Below are positions 13,201 through 24,995 of a stretch of DNA of 38,210 nucleotides, piece after piece; positions within the stretch are counted from its first letter, which is position 1; each line of letters begins with the position of its first letter. Location: positions 1 through 38,210 of the forward strand of contig FLMG01000032.1 of NCBI GenBank assembly GCA_900088475.1, given 5' to 3'. The position numbers were made by a program, and so were the translations under genes. The stretch comes from Hyphochytrium catenoides (Eukaryota > Protista > Hyphochytriomycota). The notes under the pieces are model-generated. The model saw only the letters and a program-made list of their open reading frames with translations, made no database searches and was not told the DNA's origin.

Positions 13201-16200
13201 CTTTGGCGGCTTATCATGGAAGAAAGGAGAAGGAAAGAAAAGAAGAGAGAGTTAAGCGCTTCCTGCGCCTCCAAATCTCTAACAAGCGCTTGAAGAAGTC
13301 TCTTTACCGTTTCAACGTATCTGCGACGAAAGTTCAGAGAGCTTTCCTGGCTTATCGCTGCAGGAAGACGATAGACCTTAGAGTTGAGAGACGCAGGGCT
13401 GGCAGCGTCATCCAGAGAGCAATCAGAGCGCAGCAGGAGAGGAAGAAGACGGCACAGGAAGTTCAAAGAAGGAGGAAGAAGATTACCGCTTGCATTATTA
13501 TCCAGCGGACTTTCAGGTGCAGGATATGGCTCCGCGCACTGAGAGAGAGAATCGAGAGTAAGAAGAGAAAGAGAGAAAGCGACGCTTCCAAAAGGCTGCA
13601 AGCGCTCTTCCGCGGCCATCGCACTCGTCAGGACTTCTACCTCCGCCGGGCTTATGCTCGCCGCACCGCAGCAGCTATAGCAGAAGAGAGAGAAAGGACT
13701 GTGAGGCGCGAAGAAGGAGCTAGAAGCATTCAGCGGTGGTTCCGCTCGACAAAGGAGCTGAAGAAGCTTCGCTGGGTGCTCCGCTACCGACGGGAGATGA
13801 GTGCAACAATGATCCAGCGCGTCTACAGAGGTTATCTGGCCCGTCGGTACGTTAAAGAGCTTCGAAGCTATTGGAACTACTGGGCCAGCAAGATCCAAGC
13901 GTTATACCGGAGAGGACAGGCACGAAAGAAGTTCCGCTCCCTCCTTAGAGAGGCAAGAGCGCAGCAGCGGGAAAAGGAAGGGCAGGAGAAGGCGGAGAAG
14001 CTCCAGAAGCTGCGCGAGGCAAAGATTCTGGCCTTGTTTGCGAGATCGGAGGAGAGAGCGGCGCGCCGTCTCCAGGTCATTTGGAGGGCAAGACAGATGG
14101 CTAAGAAGAACGACGAAACGCGAAGTACAAGCCTGCCCTCAGCCAAGCCAGGAGGAGAAAGAGATATGTCAGGCAAAGAAAGCGATCTCCTCTCCTTCAG
14201 CTTGCAGGGGCTTGCATTTGGAAAGACCCTTCTCTCCTCTGTCAAAGGTGCGATGAAGTCCCTGAGCCAGACAGCGAAGCCAAAAAGAGACAAGGAAGAT
14301 ATCAAGTCAGAGCGGGATGCTGTGCAGTACGCGCTTCTCTGCTGGCAGCTGAGGACCATGCCCATCAGTACGCCCCCCTCTCTTTCCTCTTTCCCAAGGA
14401 ACCTTTCCCCAGCTTCTTAGCCAGCTTCTTAAGCATTGTGGCGCAATCCGCGTTCTGCATACATCTACATCCCGCGGTCTGCTAGTGTCTCTCGCTATCT
14501 CGTGCTGTGATGCTTTGGTCCTCTGCTAACTGTGGAGCGCTAGAAGCTCCCTGAAGACCCGCTCCTGCGGCTTCTGCCATCTTTCATTCTGCCTAAGAAA
14601 TATGCCCGTCTTTCCCCGTTAACCACCTTACGCCTCGCATCATCCTCTCCTAACATGTTGATGTTCAGAGGGCATTCTGGCCCTAGCTGTGACCGTTGGA
14701 ATGGAAGAGACGGAGCGCTTCAGGCGGCATCTTGCTATTGAAAAAGCCACGAATAGCTGGGTCCAGTACGAGAAGGACTTAGATACTGGGCCACGGAACA
14801 GACCAAAAGAGGCCATGGGAGTCTTCTTATGGCTCAAGTACGGCGCAGGTCCGCCGCTCTTTCTCAATTCTCTCTCTCGCCCCCGTCCTAATAGCCCGTA
14901 CCTTGGTCAATAGGTCACATTTGGGGGATTTGAGACCCCAACATCAGCGCTGCATATTTGTTCCTCTGCCCGTCATCCCATTCTCCTCACTTTGTCTTTC
15001 TTTCTCTCTCTTCTCTGTCTCCTTCTTGTCTTCTCTCTTGTTTCGCCGCCCATCATCTTTTTCTGCTTTTGTCCTAATATCTTCCGCCTTGTTATTGCTA
15101 TGGCGTCTCTCTCCCTCTCTTCCTCGTCGCCTCGAAACCTTTAATCATCCTATCTTTGTAGGCGGTACCCAGCTCTTCACAAGCATTCAATTCGTCCGAA
15201 GACCTCACGTTAAGCTTAAGAAGGAGGAGGCAGCGCGCATGGATGCTCTCACAGCCGCGGGCTTTAGAGTCATTCAGCACGAGAAGCTGCCTTGGGAGAT
15301 CCACTGCCGCTCAGACGGAAGAATTCCGATCACTGATCTTCAGCTAGCCCTCACAGAAGAGGAAGAGGACCATCTAGTGGCTCTCTCGTATGTGCAGCCT
15401 GAAGGCCAAACGGAGCCTTTAGACGAAATCGGACTCCCATGCACGGTGTGGATCTACAGACTGACCTTTGAGAAGAGTTGGGCTTTGAAGAGACGAGAGA
15501 CGGAGCTCCAGAAAAAGCCATACTTCTCTCCAGCGCTCTTGCAAGTTGTTGAGTCTGCTGCACTTACAGAGTTCCAGGTGGAGGAAGTTGTCGAGCTCTT
15601 CCACAAGCTAGATGCGGACGGGAGCGGTGCCATCTCAAAGGAAGAGTTCTTACACTATCTGGTGCGTGACACACGCTGTGTTCTCTCCGTCACTCCTGGC
15701 GAGGCCAATGTTTACGTCCTCTTGCCAATGCATTCACGTACAGAGCGTGCAAGCTCTTCACAGTTCATCTCACCGTCAGTCCACTTTCCCATGGGCCGGG
15801 TTCCTCACTCTAAGCTGTTAATTTGCAGGAGCTGAAGTCTTCTCCAATCATCGATGGCATCTTCGGGATCCTGGATGACGATGGAAACGCGTCTGTCGAC
15901 TTGGTAGAGTTTGTCCGGGCGGTGCCTACCATCTGCATGCTTGGCCGCCAAGCGTTGCTGTCTCTCTGCTTCAACCTTCTCGACCTAAAGAAGAGGGGCT
16001 ACATCGATATGGGTCAATTCGAGCAGCTGATGCTGATCCTCTGCGATGGAAACTCTGTCTTCACTGCCAAGCAGGTTGAGGAGACTAAGGCTTTCATAGA
16101 GTCGTTGGACCGGCAGAAGCTGGGGAAGTATCCATTTGAGACGGTACGTTGGATTAGCCCGTGTGTACATAGGAAAGGAATGGGATGAAGGGAGACAAGG

Positions 16201-16741
16201 AGGAGCGGACACTGGACTATATTGTTATTTCTGTGAACGTGGTGATTTCTTAGCTCTTGGACTCGTGCTATCACTTCTCTTGGGGCTCCCGCCTCTGAGG
16301 GACTCTTCCTCTTTAGTCCTTGGTCTGGATGCATCGCGGCACATGTACTCAGCACTGTTCTCCTTCATGAGTGCGCTCTTATGTCGCTGGCGCTGCCTCT
16401 CGTCTTCTTGACCTCTAACCGTGGTTCTTATGTCGTCCCTAGTTCAACAAAGTAGTCGAGAAAATTCCAGCCCTGTGCTTCCCTATCTTCAGAGTCCAGG
16501 TAAGACTACCTCGACTGGAAACTTCAGCCTGCAGCAGACTTTGAGGTTCACCCCCGCTGTCGTTCCCGCTGTAAGTGAACCTCACTGGCTGCCCCGTGTG
16601 CCATAGGAGGTGATGCGTAACAAACTGTTGGGTATGGAGTTCTGGACCAAGAAGCTCAAGCTCTTCGAGCAAGTGCGCAAAGATATGATCAAAACCATGG
16701 ATGTCTTTGAGAAGACACCGCAAGATCACAGCGCACCGTAG
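10220..16741 (+). CDS. Large protein with cysteine-containing LRRs, a multi-IQ coiled coil, MABP-like repeats and calcineurin-B-like EF-hands (at least 8 exons, about 1,645 aa; 5' end uncertain)
   Basis: Exons 10220-11103, 11329-11834, 12007-14367, 14669-14848, 15162-15661, 15829-16143, 16443-16499 and 16607-16741 are all phase-compatible. LRR_CC repeats: LQTLRLPYCRQLTD, LTKVDLSRCKKLTN. About 10 IQ-like motifs, e.g. ATMIQRVYRGYLARR. MABP-like segments: GILALAVTVG..EKDLDTG..GVFLWLKYG and PITDLQL..CTVWIYR. EF loops DADGSGAISKEE and DDDGNASVDLVE. Confidence 0.85.
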
Positions 16742-16757
16742 TTTTCCCTCTCAAATA

Positions 16758-19570
16758 CTACTCTTGGCCAAAGAGGAGACATTGCAAGAGTGGAAGGACC
16801 TGATGATATGAGGGAGGACATTCAGAGGTGCTTTAGTCTAATGTCCTAGGACAGGAGAAGAAGAGATCAAGTGCACAAGGGCTATTGTTGAAGAGAAGGC
16901 CCTCCTAGGACAGGAGAAGAAGAGATCAAATGCACAAGGGCTAGTGTTGAAGAGAAGGCCCTACAGAGATGTCTGCACTCACTCTAATCCTGCTGAGGTC
17001 ACTAAAGATGACATCCAAGTAGCTGGCATCGGAAGCTTCCAAGATTGAGTGAGAGCGGAACACTATCAGCGCTGCAGCCGTTAGAGGAATGGGAAGCAAT
17101 GACTGATAGCCTATCACTAAGTCCCATAGCGTCAGGACCTTACGCGAGATTAGTAACAGATAACCGCAAGCCTTAGGATGACAATATCTAACCTCTTCCA
17201 CCTCCAAGAAGCCTGAGAAGGCCGAATGTATCCAGGGAAACGCAATGTCCAGGGGTTGAAGATCAATCTGTCCGCGTATGATCGGGAAAAGGGAGGAAGG
17301 ACACAACTAGCATTTAAATGATCAAGTAGAAGAAGGATGACCCTGCTATTAGGCACACAATGTTGAGTTTACCTGAGAAAGGTGAAAGCACACGTCTGGT
17401 GCTAACCTAATCGTTCATTCAAAGACGAGCATCAGATGTCGCGCTGAAGCGAATTGAGGGACATAGGCAGACTTCAGGAAAGGGGAAGAGAGGGAGGGAA
17501 GAGTAGCTAGCTGGTTCGGTGGATAATTACCGGAGAAGGATCTCCTCGAAAGTCCTGCACAGGTAGTGGACTCCTTCCTCCCTCGATGACATAAAGCACA
17601 GCTTGCACCAGGCGCATGCAAACAGCTCTCGGAACGTCCAGTAGATCTCGGCCTCCTCCTCAAACAGGTAACACACTGGAGCGGCAAAGCGACAGAGACC
17701 ACTGAACGGTATAACTCCGTTCTTTGGGATCGGTTCTATAAAGGGAATCCACGACGGAGAAAGGAGAGCAAGGAAGGGTTAAAGTCGTTCGTAAGCCTCG
17801 CTCAGGTCGCAAGGACAGCATCATATTTGTTTGCATTTCAACCTGCGCCATCCTCGTCATACAGCTGGGTCAGCGGCTCAACCTGATAATTGAAAGTGAG
17901 ATCATGAAGGAGCCTGCTAGGTAGACTAAGCATATTCCAAAGAATGACGAGCCTCCTTGTACCGAAAGGAGCAAGCTCGAAGAGCTACGTAGACCGTGGC
18001 AAAGACAGAAAGAGAGGATGTGGAGCACGACTTGTAGCACTTTTACCTCTAAAAGCCCCTTCAGCTCCTTGTCCCTGGAGAAGGCAATCATGATCCTCTC
18101 AAGCGTCTCTTCAAAGGGAAAGTAGTTATCATCGTCCGCTAATTGCGTGGCATCCAAACAGTATCTTAGACAAAAGCAATGGTGAGGTCGTCCAATTAGC
18201 ATGGGAGCAAAGGAAGACTTTCCTTACAGGTGATCTGTGACATACAGCGAGTTCTTTGCATCGACTAGGAGGCTATTATAGTGGCTTTGGCTCTCAGGTA
18301 ACCCTGGAAGCTTGAGCGCAGCTATCCATAGCTAGCGGCGAGTAGTAGTCAGAGCAATTATCCCCATTGGCAAATAAGAGAGAGAATATAGCGTACCGCA
18401 GGCCGTCTGGATGGTGCCGCTCCACGTCGGAGTTCAGCTACATCTGTAGCACTTCGGGGGCATAATGGCGTTAGAAGACAATGACAAAACTGGTTTAGTG
18501 GAGCTCATAACGGGGGTTCCTCACCTTCCGTTGCTGCGTCCGCCAGCTTGCTTGAGCTCCTGTCAAATGGTAGATGTGAGAAGAGGGAAGATCTTATGGA
18601 GCTGAAGCATACTAGGGAAAACCGCCTAACGTGTCAAGGCAGAGTGCCATAGAGGACTACCAGGATGGCGTCATGCATAAGAAAGCGATTAGGAGCCAGT
18701 GAAGCGTTCAGGAGAGAGGTGATGTCTAACAATGACTAGCTATCTTTCTTGCCTGGAACAGCTCCCGCAGCTCAGTGAGAGATGGGCAAGCGATCATCAC
18801 CTTGATCCTTCCTACATAGGGCGGAACAGGGTTCTCAGTTTGGAGAGACTACGACGTGGGCCGAAAGAGTTACCTAGCATGCCTGCATCTGCCAGCAGTT
18901 TGGAGTTCAGATTTGGCGACTGAACGCTGCTAATCGCTTCTAGGAAGTCCTCGCTGCCGATGATCAAGCGGAAGTCTTACGGCCAGGTAAACGTATAGTG
19001 TGTCTCAATAGGTACACTTACCTGTCGAAGAGCAGCTGGTCCGATGATGCCGCTGCTTCATCGTGGTCGAGTTTCTAGATAAGAAATAATCAGCGATGGC
19101 AGCAAGGCTATTGCGCCTAGTCCCTAGAGGAGTTCTTGTCCTCTTACCAGCAACTCCTGACCACTAGCAGCTTCATATAGAGGAATTGTCAAGCGCTGGC
19201 TGAGCACTTGTAGCTCCTCGTGAAGCTTGTCTACGTTCAAACACATCAGCACTGAACTCTGTTACGTTGCTACTTAGACTTTGTACCTTCCCATTCTATC
19301 TGTGCCTGTCGGATATAGTCCAACGGCTCTCCGACATCGTGCTTCTTTCTCAGATAGAACGCTTCAGCTGCAGCGGGGACTAGCTCTTTCTCCATGGCTG
19401 CCCACAATCAAGAGAGTAGGTCTACATATACGTTTTATAAAATAGACTAGTCTCTTCTGAACAAACTATACGCTAGCTTTTTGCCTGCATGTCTTCCCAC
19501 GAAGACCTTTCTGGACATGGACAGCAGAAGCCGCCGCTGTTGGCTCTGACGGATTGCGACAATGCATTCT
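16758..19570 (-). CDS. TBC1D19: TBC1D19-like Rab-GAP (TBC) domain protein, many short introns; 5' end unresolved
   Basis: Exon peptides follow TBC1D19 motifs in order: EPLDYIRQAQIEWE, EDFLEAISSVQSPN, LDATQLADDDNYFPFEETLERIMIAFSRD, IAFPWIHSAFSGFL, LWDLVIGYQSL, DLSRIR|VLPLLQCLLFGQE*. The last intron is 16800-16982. Confidence 0.82.
16845..16962. repeat. Two-copy 59-bp tandem duplication in the last intron of the TBC1D19-like gene
   Basis: The unit cctaggacaggagaagaagagatcaaRtgcacaagggctaKtgttgaagagaaggccct occurs at 16845-16903 and 16904-16962 with 2 mismatches. Confidence 0.95.
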
Positions 19571-20011
19571 TGGCGCTTCACTTACTAGGTACTCCGGAGT
19601 AATAAATAAGTAAGCAGAGACTGCATCAAACTTCAAAACTCTTCAACATCGGCCGCTCCCGCCATCCGATAAGGACGTTAGCGGCTCTGTTAGAAAATTC
19701 CTTATAGTAGCTGAGCTCCGTAGGATACCTCTGCATTGATGATGATGACAATGCTCTTAATGAGCCTTGGTGCCTGTGGCCTGGGGCTGACCTCCGCGCG
19801 GCAGGGGCAAGAGCAGGAGAAGCGACAAGAGGTAATAATAAGAAGGAAGTAGTAGCGCCGGTTCAGACTCCGCCAGGAATCCATAGTGATCTAGCACAAT
19901 GTACGGCACCAATGAATTCAGTCTTGAGATTCCTCCACAACCCACAGATAAGAGCAACAAAGTCCCAGCCGAGGCCATGCAAGTGTTACCGATGTTTCCG
20001 TCAGCCCTTCG

Positions 20012-21073
20012 TTATTGCCTCGTCTGCGGGGGGTCTTCGATGATTTGCAGAGGGTAGCTTCTTCCATGCCAATGAAAGGTGTGCTGGTGGGACCTAGTCT
20101 CCGTTCCAGCACCCTCTTCATCAGCAGAGAATTCAATGTGCTGACTGAGCTCTATTGCCAGATGCGACTTGACCAATCCTAGGCCTGTAAGACTGGGGTG
20201 CGAGTCGCACTGGTGGTACAGTCGGCCTGTAGTCATGGAAAGACAGAGCCTTTCCGGACTAAAGTGTTGCATCAGCGTCGCCCCATAGATAAGGTTGTCT
20301 CTGTCCAATGTATGGAAGACTATAGGTCGATCTGCAACCTGCTTAGTGAGGGCAGCACGTCAGGGATTGTGACAGAGACTGGAAGGCGTCTAGCTCCATC
20401 GTAGTACCTTGATAAAGTTCATCTCTTTACCGCAGGGTGAAGCGAAAGGGTAATCCATGTGCATTGAGGTCTGGTTGTGCCGTAAACGCTTCCAGAAGAA
20501 GTCTAGAAACTTGGGACTCTTGAGACTGGTTGCTATGTTCTTAGGGACAACATCTTCTAAGAAAAGGCGGCCCTAATACCATCAGTGCTTAGTGCTTGAG
20601 ACCATCATCTGTGGCAAGCCGCACGCCGTTCCCTTACTTGAAGGTCAATATAGTAGAAATACTGCCGAAGCTTTGCTTGTTCATCATAGAATTCTGGACT
20701 GAAGAGCCCGATCAAGCTGGTCGAAATGCTGAGGAGAGGTCAAGGCTACTTACCTCTTGATGTCCTTTAACTGCCGGAGCTCCAGATATTTGTCTGCCTC
20801 GTCCTCTCTGGCCCAACCCTCGTCAATGGACATACCCAGAGAAGGCGTCGGTCTATAATTCCTTCTCTGAAATATCATCAGGCAGGGTGGGTACATTTGC
20901 CAAGTCCGCCTCAGGCCGGTAATAGTTCCAGCGGAGATCGTAGGGGCGCAGGATGATGCGAACACCTGTTTCCTACCTCCTGAGGGCGACAGAAGCCACA
21001 TGAGAGGAAGATGCCTGTTGCGCTTCCACCGAGCGCGCCATCCCATCACTACTTCTGCTCTGGCACGCTTCAT
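20012..21073 (-). CDS. UPF0598 / C8orf82-like (DUF4505) protein, 4 exons, with an Arg-rich N-terminal extension (possible mitochondrial presequence)
   Basis: Exons are 21073-20754, 20698-20638, 20572-20408 and 20338-20012. Motifs read RQYFYYIDLQGRLFLEDV..KNIATSLK..FLDFF..YPFASPCGKEMNFIKVADRPIVF..GRLYH..GLVKSHLAIELS. The exact start ATG is uncertain. Confidence 0.85.
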
Positions 21074-21241
21074 GAGAGCTTAGGAATTCTCTATTGTCTC
21101 CTCCCTGGCCTTTGTCCTTGCTAGCAATAGCTGCCTGCAAGAATTGAACGCCTATTAGGAAGACCTCTCTTTGACATCAACTGCCCACAGTTCATTCACA
21201 TCATCGCCGCCAGATCTTGACTACTTTTCATCGCCAAACGG

Positions 21242-21249
21242 CCGCTAAC
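21242..21249 (+). promoter_or_regulatory. CCGCTAAC motif, with two nearby AACGG cores, in the divergent C8orf82/YEATS4 promoter
   Basis: The local sequence is aaacggccgctaacggcc at 21236-21253. Confidence 0.45.
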
Positions 21250-21615
21250 GGCCTTACGTTGTGCTGTCAAGGATCTCCAGTCTAACGAGTTGGATGAACG
21301 CTTGTGTCATCAATCGAAGGCTCATTCTCGTCTTCACTGTCGACCTTGATCCGTCTGCTGATCTATCTACTGCTGCTGTGTGTGCAGCACTCGTCTGTTG
21401 CCCGTCTCTGGCACGTAAGGCTGAGCATTCAGGTATTGGAGCTCCGTATGGAAGCAATTCTGCTGTTATTGGGAAGCAACAGTTGTCGCTTGGGCCAGGC
21501 TTGACATAACCGACACCAAGCTCACTGCGGTCCCCGATCGTAGCCTTTGTTACCTTTGGTGGTGAGTCTACTACCGAGAGGACTCCTGCAGAAAAGCTAC
21601 GTTGAGCTGCGCCGC

Positions 21616-22705
21616 ATGGCGTCAACAGAGCCACAAGCTTCCCCAAGGGGACCAAGCGACAATGTGAATAGAAAGAAGAACGTCGTGGTAAGTGCTGGCA
21701 GCGCTAGCGTAGATGTACAAGTTCCCTTTACGTCACCACCACCCTGTGTGCAGGTGAGTCGACCCATTGTCTACGGATCGATCGCTTTCTTCTTGGGTCG
21801 GAAGGCAGATGAATATAACACTCACCGATGGAGCAGTAAGGCCGAGCACATATGTCGTTTGAATTTTTATCTGTGCCCTTACCGTGCTCTCAAGTCTTTG
21901 TCAGGGGTTTACATTGTGAAGATCTGTCTTACTTTGTCAAGAAAGTGGTCATTGGGCTTCATCCTAGCTTTCCAAACCCCGTCCGAGGTGAGACAAGACC
22001 CCCGTCCGATATTGAGTGTGTGCCTTTGACCAAACAGTGACTCCCAGTGATTGAGGAGCCTCCTTTTGAGATCACAGAGAGTGGCTGGGGAGAGTTTGAG
22101 GTGAGCATCACCATCCACTTTCAGGACCCAAGTGTTCCTGCGGTGCAGGTGATGCATCCCTTGCGTCTCTATCCTCCTGGTAACCAGCCTCCAAGTATGA
22201 AGAAGGTAACCCTTCTCAGGACCATCCCCTGCTGATCTGAGACTGACAAATACTGCTAGCCGGTTCTCCATGAATTCTATGACGAGCTGCTGTTCGTGGA
22301 GCCCAGCGAGTCATTCTATAAGAAACTTATTGGAGGTACGCTAAGTAAGGAAGTGTGATTATGGGGCGATTGGCATAACTGGAGGCGTCTGCGACAGGGC
22401 CAGAGAAGGAGGCACCACGGCATCCACATGCTGAATGGTTCACCAAGTTCTCAGAAGACGAAGATATGGAAAAACTCAAAGCCGCCCAAGGGTTCATTGA
22501 CAAAGAGATACTCGGTATGCTAATCTGACGACATTACTCGGAATGCAACTCCTGGTGTCAATGCCTTGACTGATACTATCACCTTTATCTCTACGCTGTA
22601 GGACTGAGAGACCGTTTATTAGCTGCAGAGATGAAGCAGAAAAGTCTGAAAGAAGAGATTCAAGGTATCATAGAAACCAGAAAGGGCAAAGGTGGTGCGC
22701 ACTAG
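21616..22705 (+). CDS. YEATS4: YEATS-domain protein (YEATS4/GAS41/Yaf9; NuA4/SWR1 subunit), 7 exons
   Basis: Introns are 21688-21753, 21836-21894, 21988-22047, 22206-22259, 22336-22397 and 22515-22601. Spliced motifs: [62 protein letters not shown], plus a C-terminal coiled coil. Confidence 0.93.
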
Positions 22706-23811
22706 CTCATATGGAGATATCTTGCGAGCAGAAGACTTTGGCACCTTCGGCTGATTCCTACGCTAGCAGCCCAAAGGAGCACTTTGCTTCGACCTGCGGT
22801 CGTTCTCAACCTTGAGGGTATTGTGGCAACGCCCATGGCGGCCCCATCAAAGGCTGAATCTCTGGCGTCATCTCTGCACCACCTTTGGTTCATTCTCCTC
22901 TGTACACTAGCACCCGGTGACCTATGTCTGGCTCGCCTTCTACCTTATGTACTGGCATATCTACCGATATTTTTATGAGGAAACATGGCAGTTTCGTCAC
23001 CGCGCAGGCACAATAAGCCTTTAGGCCCGTGGGTCCAAATGCTGGGGGAAGACCACAATCGTTCGGGCGAGCTGTAAGGGTCGCACTAGTTATTCTCATT
23101 GCTGGACAAGCGCTTGATAGCAGGTTAAACGACTCTCTCAACACCTCATTCTAGGTCACTAGTGTCATTAATCTTCAAATCAAAAAAAGACATTGTGGCA
23201 GATCACTCGACGAGCTGCACAATTATTAAGGAGAGAGAGAGTTATTAGCTTGTAATAGAGGAACGGGCGGCCTCGACGAAGATGGTTCTCCAACTAACTC
23301 ACACCACGCCATTGTGGAGGGTAATGCCTGACGAGAAGCTTGCACATCAAGATGAAGAGATGGCGCTTTGACCTCCAGACATTCGATCTCTGATGATCTC
23401 TAGTGTTCCTGCCTCTTGCCTTCCATCTGATGACTGATGATAAACCTACAGATGGTCGCAGCGCAGCCTCGCACCGATGGTTTATCTGGAAAGTGCGCCA
23501 ATAGATCAAATCAGACGGAGCTCTCCAATTGATAACTACGTGTAACAAATACTAAACGGAACACCGGTTTTCTGTGGCTGAGACATTTACTCAACACCCA
23601 CGTTATAAGCTCAGGTGGGGTCTAGCAGTGTAGAAGCCACCTACGTTATATCGGAGTTCCTTTCATTGGAAGCGATGGTAAGTGTTTCCTTACCAATCAG
23701 AAGCACCAAATGAAGAGTTTTTCTGTTCTGACGCTCCACAGCACTTTGGTGGGCCTGCGAGCAAGGCAGACGGAGATTTCTGCAGACCAGATTCCAGAGC
23801 TTCAGCTTCCA

Positions 23812-23819
23812 CCGCTAAC
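23812..23819 (+). promoter_or_regulatory. CCGCTAAC motif about 75 nt upstream of the NSA2 ATG
   Basis: Exact 8-mer copy. Confidence 0.45.
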
Positions 23820-23890
23820 AGCGGCTTTCTGACGCTAAATATTTATTGGTTCGCTTTGTACGCAAGTGACCCGCCTTACTTTCCACAACC

Positions 23891-24861
23891 ATGCCGCAGC
23901 ATGAATATATGGAGCTTCATAAGAAGCGCCATGGTGTTCGCATGGACCATGCCGAGAGAATGTAAGCCCTAAACGATGCGAAACCCTCATGACTGCCCCG
24001 ATATTCATGCTTCTCTTCTATCAGGCGTAAGAAGGAGGCACGTATGGCTCATAAGAGATCTGAATTTGCTCAGAAGGTCCATGGTCTTAGAGCAAAGTTG
24101 TACAATAAGCAACGCTTCAAGGAAAAGGCAGCTATGAAAAAGACGTACGTTCCTGTTCCGAGGCGGTTGCACAACTGGTCTCTTATTCTTGTTCTCTCGC
24201 TACAGCATCAACATGCATCAAGAGCGGACCAACAAGCATGGCAATGAAGATGTGATCCCAGACGGCGCCGTTCCCGCTTACTTGCTCGATAGAGAAGGTG
24301 TTTCCAGGGCAAAAGTTCTCAGTAATACTGTCAAGCAGAAGAGGAAGGAGAAGGCTGGCAAATGGGATGTACCTATCCCTAAGGTAGATCAAGTTATAGG
24401 GAGCAGCACTTACAAGCAGCACTAATACCTTCTGGTCGATGATGCAGGTACGGCCAATAGCGGATGATGAGATGTTCAAGGTTCTGCGCTCGGGCAAGCG
24501 GAAACAGAAGTCCTGGAAGAGGATGGTGACTAAGGCAACATTCGTTGGCGAGGGTTTTACTCGTAAACCACCCAAGTACGAGCGGTTCATCCGGCCCACG
24601 GGTCTGCGCTTCAAGAAGGCACATGTGACACATCCGGAGCTTCAGACGACCTTCCACCTCGACATGTTGGGCGTGAAGAAGAACCCACAATCACCTCTGT
24701 ACACACAGCTAGGCGTGATTACTAAGGGAACCGTTATTGAAGTCAACGTCAGCGAGCTGGGTCTGGTAACAACCTCTGGCAAAGTCGTATGGGGCAAGTA
24801 TGCGCAAGTAACCAACAACCCTGAGCTGGACGGGTGCATCAATGCGGTTCTGCTTGTTTAA
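23891..24861 (+). CDS. NSA2: Ribosome biogenesis protein NSA2, 4 exons
   Basis: The protein runs [74 protein letters not shown]. Introns are 23962-24024, 24145-24205 and 24384-24447. Confidence 0.97.
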
Positions 24862-24995
24862 GTGTGAACAGTTTGCCTCACAGCTATGTACATTATTGAG
24901 CCTGCGCCTTGCGGCAGGCCTGTAATTGGCCGCCTGGTGCATCTCATACCGTTACTTGATAAGAAGAGTCCAATATGCACTGGACGTTGTAGGAC

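Noticed and set aside
11735-14365. Long minus-strand ORFs (298, 245 and 162 aa)
   Set aside because: These are antisense shadows of the LRR/IQ exon with no domain signal.
14408-14431. 12-bp tandem duplication (ccagcttctta-g/a)
   Set aside because: It is a trivial slippage event inside an intron.
16845-16962. CRISPR-like repeat
   Set aside because: It has only two abutting copies with no spacer and no cas genes, and it lies in a eukaryotic intron.
21254-21655. 133-aa minus-strand ORF between C8orf82 and YEATS4
   Set aside because: It starts at a non-ATG codon, overlaps the YEATS4 start, has no motif and lies in a divergent promoter.
23390-23440. C/D-box snoRNA (tgatga ... ctga)
   Set aside because: The boxes are only about 35-45 nt apart, with no terminal stem or recognisable rRNA guide.
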